This document shows, piece after piece, positions 8,684 to 17,970 of a stretch of DNA of 64,000 nucleotides. This stretch comes from an uncultured Prosthecobacter sp. (GTDB lineage: Bacteria > Verrucomicrobiota > Verrucomicrobiia > Verrucomicrobiales > Akkermansiaceae). A program made the translations under genes and the position numbers. Under the pieces are notes generated by a model. It did no database searches. It saw only the letters and a program-made list of their open reading frames with translations, and was not told where the DNA came from. Numbering within the stretch: position 1 is the stretch's first letter; each line of letters starts with the position of its first letter. The stretch spans positions 9,731-73,730 of the forward strand of contig CBFGOP010000001.1 of assembly GCA_965650415.1 (NCBI GenBank), read 5' to 3'.

Positions 8684-10324
8684 ATGAAAGCGACAACCCT
8701 ACTCATTCTCTCGGTCTTGATCTTCAGTATTTCATCAGCTTTTGCCGCTGGTGGACACGGGCCAGCGCCGGCCTATCCAGAGTTGTCCGGTGGTGGATCT
8801 CAGTATGCTGCGTTTCCCAAGCCCAAAGAGCTTTATAAGGAAGTTGAGGGAGGCGCGATGGAGACCATCAAGTCCAGAGCGAAAGAAGATCCTTTCAACG
8901 TTGCTGCAACGGTCATTTTCATTCTGGCAATTTGTCATACTTTTGCCGCCAGCTCTCTCAATAAACTGGCGCATCATTTCGAGCACATCCACGAGGAGAA
9001 TTTGAAAAAGCGCGGACCTCGCGATGATGAGCATCCTGACGGTGAACCGGAAGTTTCTTTCCGTGCGACCGTTTTTCACTTTCTCGGAGAAGTTGAGGCG
9101 ATTTTCGGAATCTGGGTCATCGCTCTGGCAGGTGCGGCCACGTATTATTACAGTTGGGGCGATTTCAAATTGTATCTCGGAAAAGACAAAATTTTCACCG
9201 AGCCATTGTTTGTGGTCGTGATCATGGCAATCGCAGCAAGCCGTCCTGTGCTGCGGTTTGCTGAGCGAGTGATGTCCGTTGCGGCTTCGTTAGGAAAAGG
9301 ATCTCCAGCGGCATGGTGGTTGAGTGTGCTGATTATCGCTCCGATTCTGGGTTCATTCATCACCGAACCGGCAGCGATGACGATTGCGGCGATGTTGCTT
9401 GCTAAGAAATTTTACAAACTCAAGCCATCGCCAGGCTTGGCTTATGGCACGATCGGGTTGCTTTTCGTGAGTATTTCCGTTGGTGGTACGCTAACCCATT
9501 TCGCAGCTCCTCCAGTGCTGATGGTGGCTGGAACTTGGGGCTGGGATACCCTTTTCATGCTGGAGCACTTCGGCTGGAAAGCGGTGATTGGCGTTTTGCT
9601 TTCCACCACGCTCTATTTTCTGTTTTTCAAAAAAGCGTTGTATCAAATCGCCGACCGTGCGGATGGTCTGGAAGATGGATTGATCCAAACCAAAGCGTGG
9701 CATGAGCGTGAAACGCCGATTCCATCTTGGGTCACCTTTGCCCACCTGGCATTCCTGGCGTGGACCGTTTATGCGGCGCATGATCCGGTGCTTTTCGTCG
9801 GTGGATTTTTGTTCTTCTTGGCGTTTGTCATGGCGACCCGTCATCACCAGAACGCGATTTCGATGAAAAGCCCGATGTTGGTTGGATTCTTCCTTGCAGG
9901 CTTGGTGATTCACGGAGGTTGTCAGGGATGGTGGATCGCTCCGATCATTCAGACACTCTCAGATGACGCACTGATGTTTGGTGCAACGGTTCTAACCGCT
10001 TTCAACGACAATGCCGCAATCACCTACCTCGCTTCCCAAGTGGAGGGTATTTCATCCAGTGCGAAACATGCTGTCGTTGCAGGTGCGGTGACGGGTGGCG
10101 GTCTGACCGTGATCGCCAACGCGCCGAACCCTGCGGGTCAAAGCATCTTGTCGAAATACTTCGAGGGCGGAGTTTCTCCTCTGAAGCTTTTCTTGGCAGC
10201 TCTCACACCGACCATCATCGTTTATGCCTGCTTTGTGTTCTTGCCCAACGGCCCTGCCAAGGAGAAGCCGGTGGTGAAACACGTCACAGCCATCGAGCGC
10301 GTCGAAGAAGTGTCTCCAAGGTGA
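8684..10324 (+). CDS. Polytopic inner-membrane protein, putative cation/proton antiporter-like (DUF1504-like). Function uncertain.
   Basis: 546 aa with more than 10 hydrophobic segments. The motif TAFNDNAAITYLA recalls the putative Na+/H+ antiporter DUF1504 family from memory. This was not verified. Confidence 0.6.
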   Translation: MKATTLLILSVLIFSISSAFAAGGHGPAPAYPELSGGGSQYAAFPKPKELYKEVEGGAMETIKSRAKEDPFNVAATVIFILAICHTFAASSLNKLAHHFEHIHEENLKKRGPRDDEHPDGEPEVSFRATVFHFLGEVEAIFGIWVIALAGAATYYYSWGDFKLYLGKDKIFTEPLFVVVIMAIAASRPVLRFAERVMSVAASLGKGSPAAWWLSVLIIAPILGSFITEPAAMTIAAMLLAKKFYKLKPSPGLAYGTIGLLFVSISVGGTLTHFAAPPVLMVAGTWGWDTLFMLEHFGWKAVIGVLLSTTLYFLFFKKALYQIADRADGLEDGLIQTKAWHERETPIPSWVTFAHLAFLAWTVYAAHDPVLFVGGFLFFLAFVMATRHHQNAISMKSPMLVGFFLAGLVIHGGCQGWWIAPIIQTLSDDALMFGATVLTAFNDNAAITYLASQVEGISSSAKHAVVAGAVTGGGLTVIANAPNPAGQSILSKYFEGGVSPLKLFLAALTPTIIVYACFVFLPNGPAKEKPVVKHVTAIERVEEVSPR

Positions 10325-10342
10325 TCGATCCATTTTCCGTCC

Positions 10343-10969
10343 TCACCTGAGAAGTTGTAGCTCATCGGGATGGTCGAAGAGGTAGGTCGGTTCCGATTCC
10401 AAGAGCGATTCCCGTGAGTTGAAACCCCAGCTCACGGCGGCGTGCGGGATGTTGGCTTTTTGCGCAGCTTTGACGTCGCGCAGTTCGTCACCGACGTAGA
10501 GCATTTCCGAATGGTTCAGGGAAAAGGTTTTTCGGATGGCTTTGAGGTGGGTGGCTTTTCCGGTGAGTTTTGAAGTGGAGGAAACGAAATCGAACAACTC
10601 GCGGATGCCGTGGTTTTGGAGAAAAAGCTCGACGTTGGAAGTGGTGTTGGAAGTCAGGATTCCGAAGTTGTCGGTATGGTTTCTCAATTCGACCAACGCT
10701 TCTTTCATGCCGGGGATGATCTGGAGTCGGTCGATGTTTTTCCGCATCATGGTCGTGCCACGGGAGATCAGCGGAATGACACGGCGTTTCGGGATATCGA
10801 GTTCCTTGAGGATTTCCTTGAGAGAGAGGTGCCGGAGTTTCGGGACTTCGGTTTCGTCAACCGTGCGGATTCCGTAGTCGGGTGCGATGGCGTTGAAGAT
10901 CTTCCGGGTTTCACCGAGCGTGTCGGCGATGGTTCCGTCGAAATCAAAAACAAGCGCACGATATTTCAT
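10343..10969 (-). CDS. HAD-superfamily hydrolase (phosphoglycolate phosphatase-like)
   Basis: Motif I LVFDFDGTIADT, motif II ILTSNT, motif IV YVGDELRDVKAA. Confidence 0.8.
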   Translation of the reverse strand: MKYRALVFDFDGTIADTLGETRKIFNAIAPDYGIRTVDETEVPKLRHLSLKEILKELDIPKRRVIPLISRGTTMMRKNIDRLQIIPGMKEALVELRNHTDNFGILTSNTTSNVELFLQNHGIRELFDFVSSTSKLTGKATHLKAIRKTFSLNHSEMLYVGDELRDVKAAQKANIPHAAVSWGFNSRESLLESEPTYLFDHPDELQLLR

Positions 10970-11013
10970 TCTGATAAAGTGGCTCAGCTGTTGGCGTGTG
11001 GCGAGAGTGAAAA

Positions 11014-12039
11014 TCAGAGTTTCAGATTCGGGTCGATATCCCCGTTGAGCGGATCGGTCTTTCCACTGAGGAAACGCAATAGCCCTGCGAAGGCGATCAT
11101 GGCGGCATTGTCGGTGCAGAGAGAGCCTGTCGCGATCTGAAGTTCGATTCTTTGTTTGGCGCAGTGTTCGGCGAATGTTTCGCGGACTTTGCGATTGAGG
11201 CTCACTCCGCCGGAGAGGCCGATGAGATTCACGCCGTGCAATTTCGCAGCGCGGATGGATTTTTTCACGAGGACATCGATCACGGCTGCTTGGAAAGAGG
11301 CGGCGATGTCTTCGAGTTTCGCGTTGGGATTTTTCTGCAGGGTGTAGAGCACGGCGGTTTTTAAGCCGGAGAAAGAGAAATCGAGTTCGTCCGCCTGCAT
11401 CATGGAGCGGGGAAAATCGTAGGCTTTCGGATTTCCATTGAGGGCGGCCTTTTCGATTTCCGGTCCGCCGGGATAGGGGAGGCCGAGCATTTTGCCGACT
11501 TTGTCAAAAGCCTCGCCAGCGGCGTCGTCGCGTGTGCTGCCGATTTTTTTATAAGCACCTGCTGCGGTGACTTCCATGAGCTGGGTGTGTCCACCGGAAA
11601 CAATCAGTCCGATGTGATGGGGAACGCGGGTTTGTTCGATGAAAGGCGACAGCAAGTGGCCTTCGAGGTGGTTGACGGAAACGAAGGGTTTTCCTGAGAC
11701 GCAGGCCATGGATTTTGCAGCGGTGCTGCCGACGAGAAGGGATGAGGCGAGGCCGGGACCCATGGTGGCGGCGAAGACATCGATCTCTGCCATGGAAACT
11801 CCGGCGGTGGCGAGCGATTGTTCGACCAAGCGGTTGAGGTTCAGCGAATGGCTTCGGGAAGCGATTTCCGGGACGACACCGCCGTGGATCCGGTGTTCCT
11901 CGATTTGGGAAGCGACCACACTCGAGAGCAGTTCGGCGGGTTTTCCGGTTTCCCCGCGCATGATGGCGACTGCCGTCTCATCACACGAACTCTCGATTGC
12001 CAGAATGGTTGCCACGGCTTGATGATTCACAGGTCGCAA
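11014..12039 (-). CDS. tsaD: tRNA N6-adenosine threonylcarbamoyltransferase
   Basis: ILAIESSCDETAVAI, HRIHGGVVPEIASRSH, GLIVSGGHTQL and GGVSLN are the Kae1/TsaD signatures. The track start is a TTG. The true start may be the GTG near 12015. Confidence 0.9.
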   Translation of the reverse strand: MRPVNHQAVATILAIESSCDETAVAIMRGETGKPAELLSSVVASQIEEHRIHGGVVPEIASRSHSLNLNRLVEQSLATAGVSMAEIDVFAATMGPGLASSLLVGSTAAKSMACVSGKPFVSVNHLEGHLLSPFIEQTRVPHHIGLIVSGGHTQLMEVTAAGAYKKIGSTRDDAAGEAFDKVGKMLGLPYPGGPEIEKAALNGNPKAYDFPRSMMQADELDFSFSGLKTAVLYTLQKNPNAKLEDIAASFQAAVIDVLVKKSIRAAKLHGVNLIGLSGGVSLNRKVRETFAEHCAKQRIELQIATGSLCTDNAAMIAFAGLLRFLSGKTDPLNGDIDPNLKL

Positions 12040-12059
12040 CCGTTCGGCAATCCCGAAGC

Positions 12060-12088
12060 TTGATTTAACTTTTCAAAATATTTATCTA
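12060..12088 (+). promoter_or_regulatory. Candidate sigma70-type promoter for the membrane Zn-ribbon gene and Bat operon
   Basis: TTGATT (12060-12065), a 17-nt spacer, then TATCTA (12083-12088), in an AT-rich divergent intergenic region. This is a pattern match only. Confidence 0.25.
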
Positions 12089-12132
12089 ACTTCTTTCTGG
12101 TTTCCCAATCGTTTCTTTACCAGTTTTTGCAC

Positions 12133-12525
12133 ATGCATCGATTGCCATCGAAATCCGTGATCTGGCGTTACCGTCTAGCTTCGATTTTGGTGGTGATCAC
12201 CTTTTTGCTTTTTTCGGTGTTTCTGGGCTACATGGCATACGGGGTTTGGCAAAGGGATTTGGAGTGGATCATTGTCAGCGGGTGGATTTTCGCTGTGGGT
12301 TTGCTGGTTTTGTTGCTTAATTTGATCATCTCAAGCCGATTGAACTGTCCGCTTTGCTTGGTTCAGCCGCTTTTGAACCGTGGATGCTCCAAGCACCGCA
12401 ATGTGAAAAGGATCTTTGGCAGTCATAAATTGAAGGTCGCCAGCTCAATTCTCATTTCAGGCCACTTCGCCTGCCCTTACTGCGGGGAGAAAACTGTCAT
12501 GAAAACCCGGGCTCAGAATCCCTGA
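12133..12525 (+). CDS. Small membrane protein with C-terminal CxxC...CxxC zinc-ribbon-like motif
   Basis: Two predicted TM helices (LASILVVITFLLFSVFLGYMAY; IVSGWIFAVGLLVLLLNLII) followed by CPLC and CPYC. No family recognised. Confidence 0.6.
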   Translation: MHRLPSKSVIWRYRLASILVVITFLLFSVFLGYMAYGVWQRDLEWIIVSGWIFAVGLLVLLLNLIISSRLNCPLCLVQPLLNRGCSKHRNVKRIFGSHKLKVASSILISGHFACPYCGEKTVMKTRAQNP

Positions 12526-12615
12526 ATGGAGGATTTAAGGGGTAGATAATTTTCATTTCCCCGTCTTTGTCGGTTGCACTGAACCGCTTACGTGGCAAGC
12601 TAGACCTTGTTAGTT

Positions 12616-13599
12616 ATGACCACAGAAGAACTTCAGGAACACATATCGGGTAGCAGCGGCTGGATCAGTCAGGTGAAACAGGAGATGGGCAAGGTGCTCG
12701 TGGGCCAGGAAGGCTTGGTCGATCGATTGCTGGTCGGACTTCTGTGCAACGGTCACATTTTGCTGGAGGGGGTTCCCGGTTTGGCGAAAACCCTTGCCGT
12801 CAAAGCCCTTTCGGGATCGCTTTCCGCATCGTTCGCCCGTTTCCAGTTCACGCCGGATCTTTTGCCTGCGGATTTGGTCGGAACCATGATCTACCATCCT
12901 CAGGAGACGAAGTTTGAACCGAAGCTGGGTCCGATTTTCAACAACCTGATTCTGGCGGACGAAATCAACCGCGCGCCCGCCAAAGTGCAGTCGGCTCTGC
13001 TCGAGGCGATGCAAGAGCGTCAGGTGACTCTCGGAGACAAATCCTATCCGCTGCCCAAGCCATTCCTGGTTCTGGCCACGCAGAACCCAATTGATCAGGA
13101 GGGGACGTATCAGTTGCCGGAAGCCCAGCTCGACCGCTTTTTGCTCAAAGTAAACGTCGGCTACCCAACCAAAGACGAGGAACTCGAAATTTTGAACCGC
13201 ATGGCGACCTCTGCGCCGGTGTATGAAACCCGCCCGGTCGCGACCCCGGAGCAGGTCAGCGCGTCTCGCGATCTGGTAAACCATGTTTACATCGATGATT
13301 CGATCCGGAAATACATCGTCGAGTTGGTCGATGCGACCCGTAATCCGGAACGCGTCGATGGCTCTCTGAAAAACTGGATCCGTGCCGGAGCTTCGCCCCG
13401 TGGAACGATCAACCTCGCCTTGGCGGCGCGTGCGCGGGCTTTCATGAGCGGTCGGGCTTTCGTGACTCCGCAGGATGTGAAGGACATGGCTCTGGACGTC
13501 CTGCGTCACCGGATTCTGCTCACCTACGAAGCCGAGGCCGAGGGCATCACGACGGATGCGATTGTCGCGCGGGTGCTCTCGAAAGTGGTGGTTCCCTGA
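12616..13599 (+). CDS. moxR: MoxR-family AAA+ ATPase
   Basis: Walker A GVPGLAKT, Walker B LILADEINRA, QNPIDQEGTYQLPEAQLDRF and GASPRG are typical MoxR motifs. Start is ATG at 12616. Confidence 0.92.
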   Translation: MTTEELQEHISGSSGWISQVKQEMGKVLVGQEGLVDRLLVGLLCNGHILLEGVPGLAKTLAVKALSGSLSASFARFQFTPDLLPADLVGTMIYHPQETKFEPKLGPIFNNLILADEINRAPAKVQSALLEAMQERQVTLGDKSYPLPKPFLVLATQNPIDQEGTYQLPEAQLDRFLLKVNVGYPTKDEELEILNRMATSAPVYETRPVATPEQVSASRDLVNHVYIDDSIRKYIVELVDATRNPERVDGSLKNWIRAGASPRGTINLALAARARAFMSGRAFVTPQDVKDMALDVLRHRILLTYEAEAEGITTDAIVARVLSKVVVP

Positions 13600-13613
13600 T
13601 TCCTGTTCGATCA

Positions 13614-14504
13614 ATGACCGAAGATCAGCACATTGAGGAAATGATGGCCCGGGTTCGCAAGCTCGAGCTCAAGGCGCGCCGTCTGGTGCGCGAATCGTTT
13701 TCCGGTGAATATCAATCCTCGTTCCGTGGTCAGGGATTGGATTTCGATGATTTTCGCGAATACCAACACGGCGATGAAGTGCGGTTCATCGACTGGAACG
13801 TCACCGCGCGGATGAACGAACCGTTTGTCAGGAAATTCCGTGAGGAACGCGAGTTGTCCGTGATCCTTGCGGTGGATGTTTCGGGTTCTGCGGATTTCGG
13901 CAGTCAGCATTTCAGCAAACGCGAGCTCGCTGCGGAGATTGCCGCAGTGTTGGGTTTCAGCGCGTTGCAGAACGGCGATCAGGTCGGTTTGTTGATTTTT
14001 GCAGCCGAGCCATTGCTGTTCGTACCATCCGGAAAAGGAACGAGGCATTTGTTGCGAATGATTCGGGAAATCCTGATGGCCAACCCCCAGAAACGCGGGA
14101 CATCGATTGAGGCCGCCTGCAACTCGCTCATCCGGTCGCTGAAAAGAAAGGCTCTCGTTTTCATGATATCGGATTTCCAGGCAGACCAACTGGACAAGCC
14201 GCTGGGCAAGCTTGCCAGAAAACATGAAACCGTCGCCCTGCGGGTGGTTGATCCGGTGGAACAGGTGCTGCCGAATGTTGGAAAAGTGGTATTGGTCGAT
14301 CCCGAGAGCGGATTAGAAACCTTGGTCAACACTGGTAATGGCAACCTGCGGATGGCCTACAAACAACTCATGACCAGACAATCCGAGAATGTGGCATCGG
14401 TATTTAAGAAACACGGAATCGATTCGGCGGATCTGTCCACCGACAGCGAGACCCTGCCAGCATTGCATCAATTGATGAAACGTAGATCCAAAAGACGCAA
14501 ATAA
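13614..14504 (+). CDS. DUF58 protein (VWA-like partner of MoxR)
   Basis: FRGQGLDFDDFREYQHGDEVRFIDWNVTAR is the hallmark DUF58 motif. It lies immediately downstream of moxR. Confidence 0.9.
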   Translation: MTEDQHIEEMMARVRKLELKARRLVRESFSGEYQSSFRGQGLDFDDFREYQHGDEVRFIDWNVTARMNEPFVRKFREERELSVILAVDVSGSADFGSQHFSKRELAAEIAAVLGFSALQNGDQVGLLIFAAEPLLFVPSGKGTRHLLRMIREILMANPQKRGTSIEAACNSLIRSLKRKALVFMISDFQADQLDKPLGKLARKHETVALRVVDPVEQVLPNVGKVVLVDPESGLETLVNTGNGNLRMAYKQLMTRQSENVASVFKKHGIDSADLSTDSETLPALHQLMKRRSKRRK

Positions 14505-14509
14505 CCGAG

Positions 14510-15016
14510 ATGGCGGAGAGCACAACCACATTCGAATTGGTCGAAAGCCAAGATGCGATGAAACTGGTGCCGACCTGGCAACTGGAGTGGTGGTGGATTT
14601 TGATGGGAGTGGGTGCCTTATTGGTAATCGTGGGTTTGTTTTTTATCCTGCTGCGCAAAACTCGGAAATCCGATCCGGAACAGATCAAACGCGAGGCGTA
14701 TCGAGAGGCTGATAACGCATTGTTCCAGATGGCCCAGTTGCCGGCGCGGGACATGGCGATCGAGATTTCCCTCATTCTACGCCGCTATCTCGCGAAGTGC
14801 ATGAACGAACCCGTGCTCTACGAAACCCATGAGGAGTTCATCGGCAGGCACGATGCGATCAAGGATTTCGACGTGAATCTACGGGTGTCGATCTCCGGAT
14901 ATTTTTCAGAACTGGCCTCGATCAAATACGGTCCCGATGACATGCCGATTACCGAGGGTGTGGAATCGCTCAAAGGTCGTGCGAAAGAACTGTTAGAAAG
15001 GATGGTTGCGGCATGA
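14510..15016 (+). CDS. Single-pass membrane protein, DUF4381-like (Bat operon component)
   Basis: One TM (WWWILMGVGALLVIVGLFFILL) followed by a helical domain. It occupies the canonical position between DUF58 and batA. Confidence 0.7.
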   Translation: MAESTTTFELVESQDAMKLVPTWQLEWWWILMGVGALLVIVGLFFILLRKTRKSDPEQIKREAYREADNALFQMAQLPARDMAIEISLILRRYLAKCMNEPVLYETHEEFIGRHDAIKDFDVNLRVSISGYFSELASIKYGPDDMPITEGVESLKGRAKELLERMVAA

Positions 15017-16026
15017 TCGAATCCTTCCTCACCCATTTCCGCCTCGCCCAACCGCAGTGGCTTTTGCTTTTTCTTCCAACACTCATCCTGCTGCTTTTGC
15101 GCAGGGGAAGAGGCGCCACCAACGCGGTGTTGTTCCCGAATCTCGGCGTGCTTTACAGCCTCGGAAAACGCGTCAACCGGCTCGCGTTCAACTTCGGGTT
15201 GCCGTTGGCGTTCACCGCGCTGGTTTTGGCGATATTCGCCATGGCGCGTCCCGTCTGGAGAAACGAATACCAAAGCCGGATTGCCAGCGGGATCGATATC
15301 CTGATCGCCTTCGACGTATCGCTTTCAATGGACATCGATGATTTCCGCATGGATGGCAGACCCTTGAAACGGATCGATGCCGCGAAAAAAGTGGTCGATG
15401 CGTTCATTTCCCGCAGACCCGATGACCGGATCGGTCTGGTTGCCTTTGCGGGTCGACCTGTCTCCGTCAGTCCCATCACGCTCGATCATGATTGGTTGCG
15501 CGACGGCTTGGACAAACTGCAACTGAACCGCCATGGCTTGGGCACGGTGAAAGAGCAGGGGACGGCAATCGGTTCGGCGTTGGCGACGGCGGCAACGCGG
15601 CTCAACCATCGGGAAACCAAGAGCAAGATCATCGTGTTGATCACCGATGGCGCGAGCAACTCAGGAAAAATTTCCCCCTTGGAAGCAGCGAAACACATCA
15701 AGACTCTTGGTATCAAAACCTACACAGTCGCGATTGGCACGGTGGAGGGTCGCGTTTCCGGCAGTATTCAGGCCTTTCCCCGTCAGGAATTCGATCTTCC
15801 GACCTTGAGAAAAATCGCGAACGATACGGGCGGCGAACATTTCTGGGCACAGAGCCTTGAAGACTTGGAACAAAACTTTCAAACTATCGATTCATTGGAG
15901 AAAACCGAATCCCGTAGCCTGACAGTGACGGAAGATCGTGAGCTCTACATGTGGTTTCTCGGACTTTCCTTACTGGCTGCCACGGGGGTTGTGGTTTATA
16001 TCTCTGTGAATCGGTCCACCATTTAA
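15013..16026 (+). CDS. batA: VWA-domain membrane protein BatA
   Basis: BatA_N-type N-terminus (F..P.WLLLFLP), MIDAS FDVSLSM, LITDGASN, C-terminal TM. ATGA overlap with the upstream gene. Confidence 0.88.
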   Translation: MIESFLTHFRLAQPQWLLLFLPTLILLLLRRGRGATNAVLFPNLGVLYSLGKRVNRLAFNFGLPLAFTALVLAIFAMARPVWRNEYQSRIASGIDILIAFDVSLSMDIDDFRMDGRPLKRIDAAKKVVDAFISRRPDDRIGLVAFAGRPVSVSPITLDHDWLRDGLDKLQLNRHGLGTVKEQGTAIGSALATAATRLNHRETKSKIIVLITDGASNSGKISPLEAAKHIKTLGIKTYTVAIGTVEGRVSGSIQAFPRQEFDLPTLRKIANDTGGEHFWAQSLEDLEQNFQTIDSLEKTESRSLTVTEDRELYMWFLGLSLLAATGVVVYISVNRSTI

Positions 16027-16029
16027 CGT

Positions 16030-17970
16030 ATGAACTTCGCAAATCCAGAATGGCTGTGGTTATGGATCGGGATTCCGATCCTTGCCATTTTTGCGGTTAT
16101 GGTGTCGAGTTCGAAGTCCCATGCATCCGACAAACTCACAGCCGAGAGGTTGCGCTCCAGATTGGTCCGCCAGATGCATTCGCTCCCGCGTTGGCTTTCT
16201 CTGGGATTGATGCTGGCCGCAATGGCGGCGTTCATCTTCGCGCTCGCCCGCCCGCAAGGAGACGCTGGGGAAAAATCCGATGTAACGCGTGGCAGAAATG
16301 TAATGATCGCTCTCGATCTTTCGCGCAGCATGCGTGTGACAGACGTGAATCCGGATCGTTTGGGACAGGCGAAAATCCTGATCTACGAGATTTTGGAAAA
16401 CCTGAAAAACGACCGTGTCGGTCTGATTGGTTTTGCAGGTTCGCCGTTTTTGTTCGCGCCGCTCACCATCGATTACAGCGCGGTCAAGGAAACGGTCGAG
16501 CAGGTGGATCAGGATTGGCTCCCTATTGGTGGATCCGATATCGCATCCGCTATCAAACTGGCGACGGATACACTCAAGCAAACGGGTCAGAAAAACAATA
16601 CGCTGATCTTGATCAGCGATGGAGAGGAGCACCAAGGGGATTTGGATGCGATTGTGGCCGAGGCGGAAAAGGCGGGAGTGAAAATTTTTGCGATCGGTGT
16701 GGGAACCGAAGATGGCGGATTCGTTCCTCATCCGGATTTCACTGATGGTTATCTGTTAGATTTGAATGGAGCAAAAGTGCTGAGTCGTCTGGAAGCGGAT
16801 GTCATGCGCAAGCTTTCGAATGAGACCAACGGTCGCTATGTGGTCGCGGGCAGCGGTGGAGATATTCCTGCGATGATCGAGGCTGCGATTCAGGGAATGG
16901 ATGTCTTCGAAATGGAAGGTGCGAAAACACGGGTCCTGATCGAGTTTTTCCAGTGGGCGGTTTTGCCGGGAATTTTCTTCCTGATGGCTGCCATCGTGGC
17001 CGGAACCAGATGGCGCGGGGTTTCCGTGATGCTCTTCTGGAGTGTTTTGCTTTTGCCTGGAGAACATGCCGCAGCGAACGGAATGCGCGATGCGAATAAC
17101 CTCTTTTCTGAAAAACGTTTCAGCGAAGCACGCGATGCCTACCGTTTCCTCGCCGATGAAGAAAAGGGGGATCTTGCAGCCAGATTGAGATTGGCCGAGG
17201 GACTTTCCGCGTATGAAGCGATGGATCTTCGCGGTGCGCGTTCGGCTTACAGCAGCGCATTGCTTTCGGAAAATTCCAACGTCGTTGGAGCTGCGCATGA
17301 AGGACTGGGAAATACCTTGTTCCAGATGGGTTGGGTCGGACTCTCGGGGAGTCGTTACCCGAAAGGAAACCAGTTGCCCGACATGGCACAGTTTGATGCG
17401 TTGGTTCGTCATCAGCTCCTGAAGATGAAAGAAGACGAGGTTCCCGAATCGGGAGACAAACACGGGTTTGTTCGCCTGAATGCGATTGTTGTAAATTGGT
17501 CGGATGCGGTTCGTCATTATCGGACGGCAGTGGCAAAAAATCCGAAAGATGCGGGTGCGGCGAAAAACGCCGAACTGACGATGGTTTATCTGAGAAGACT
17601 GGCGGAGCTCCTCGACGAAGATAAAAAAAACAACGAGGAGGAAATGATGCAGCAAATGATGGAACAGCCGAGCGAACCATCGGAAGGTGAAGGTCCAGGT
17701 GATCCGAATCAGGAGCCCAAGGAAGGCGATCAGGGAGACCAGGAGCAGAAGAAACCGGGTGAAAAAGGCGAGCCTGAGGAAGGGAAGGGCGAGAAGCCGA
17801 AAGATCCTGAACAAGGTGATGAAGAGCAATCTCCCGAAGAAGAGATGGATATCAACGAAAGCCCTGAGGAGCGGGCGGCACGTTTGCTCAAAGAGAATGC
17901 GGATTTGGAAAAAGGCCCGTTGAATCCGGGTCAGACCAGAAGATTTAGAAACCCCGAAAAAGATTGGTAA
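16030..17970 (+). CDS. batB: VWA + TPR membrane protein BatB with long acidic/lysine low-complexity tail
   Basis: N-terminus FANPEWLWLWIGIP, MIDAS LDLSRSM, LISDGEEH, TPR-like middle region, and an E/K/G/P-rich tail of about 90 aa. Confidence 0.85.
   Translation: MNFANPEWLWLWIGIPILAIFAVMVSSSKSHASDKLTAERLRSRLVRQMHSLPRWLSLGLMLAAMAAFIFALARPQGDAGEKSDVTRGRNVMIALDLSRSMRVTDVNPDRLGQAKILIYEILENLKNDRVGLIGFAGSPFLFAPLTIDYSAVKETVEQVDQDWLPIGGSDIASAIKLATDTLKQTGQKNNTLILISDGEEHQGDLDAIVAEAEKAGVKIFAIGVGTEDGGFVPHPDFTDGYLLDLNGAKVLSRLEADVMRKLSNETNGRYVVAGSGGDIPAMIEAAIQGMDVFEMEGAKTRVLIEFFQWAVLPGIFFLMAAIVAGTRWRGVSVMLFWSVLLLPGEHAAANGMRDANNLFSEKRFSEARDAYRFLADEEKGDLAARLRLAEGLSAYEAMDLRGARSAYSSALLSENSNVVGAAHEGLGNTLFQMGWVGLSGSRYPKGNQLPDMAQFDALVRHQLLKMKEDEVPESGDKHGFVRLNAIVVNWSDAVRHYRTAVAKNPKDAGAAKNAELTMVYLRRLAELLDEDKKNNEEEMMQQMMEQPSEPSEGEGPGDPNQEPKEGDQGDQEQKKPGEKGEPEEGKGEKPKDPEQGDEEQSPEEEMDINESPEERAARLLKENADLEKGPLNPGQTRRFRNPEKDW

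Noticed and set aside
7732-8838. 368-aa plus-strand ORF spanning proB
   Set aside because: It is antisense to proB, which has clear kinase motifs. It would also run through the divergent promoter and into the transporter gene.
12610-13614. 334-aa minus-strand ORF
   Set aside because: It mirrors moxR exactly. MoxR has Walker A/B and family motifs, and the antisense product has none.
15951-17829. ORFs 15951..16745(+), 16060..16731(-) and 16756..17829(-)
   Set aside because: They are alternative-frame or antisense ORFs within batB. They are Arg/Gly-rich or low-complexity and inconsistent with the tight operon structure.
17580-17900. GA-rich repetitive nucleotide stretch that looks like a tandem repeat
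   Set aside because: It is in frame within batB and simply encodes the E/K/G/P low-complexity tail. It has no unit periodicity or spacer structure, so it is not a CRISPR or VNTR.
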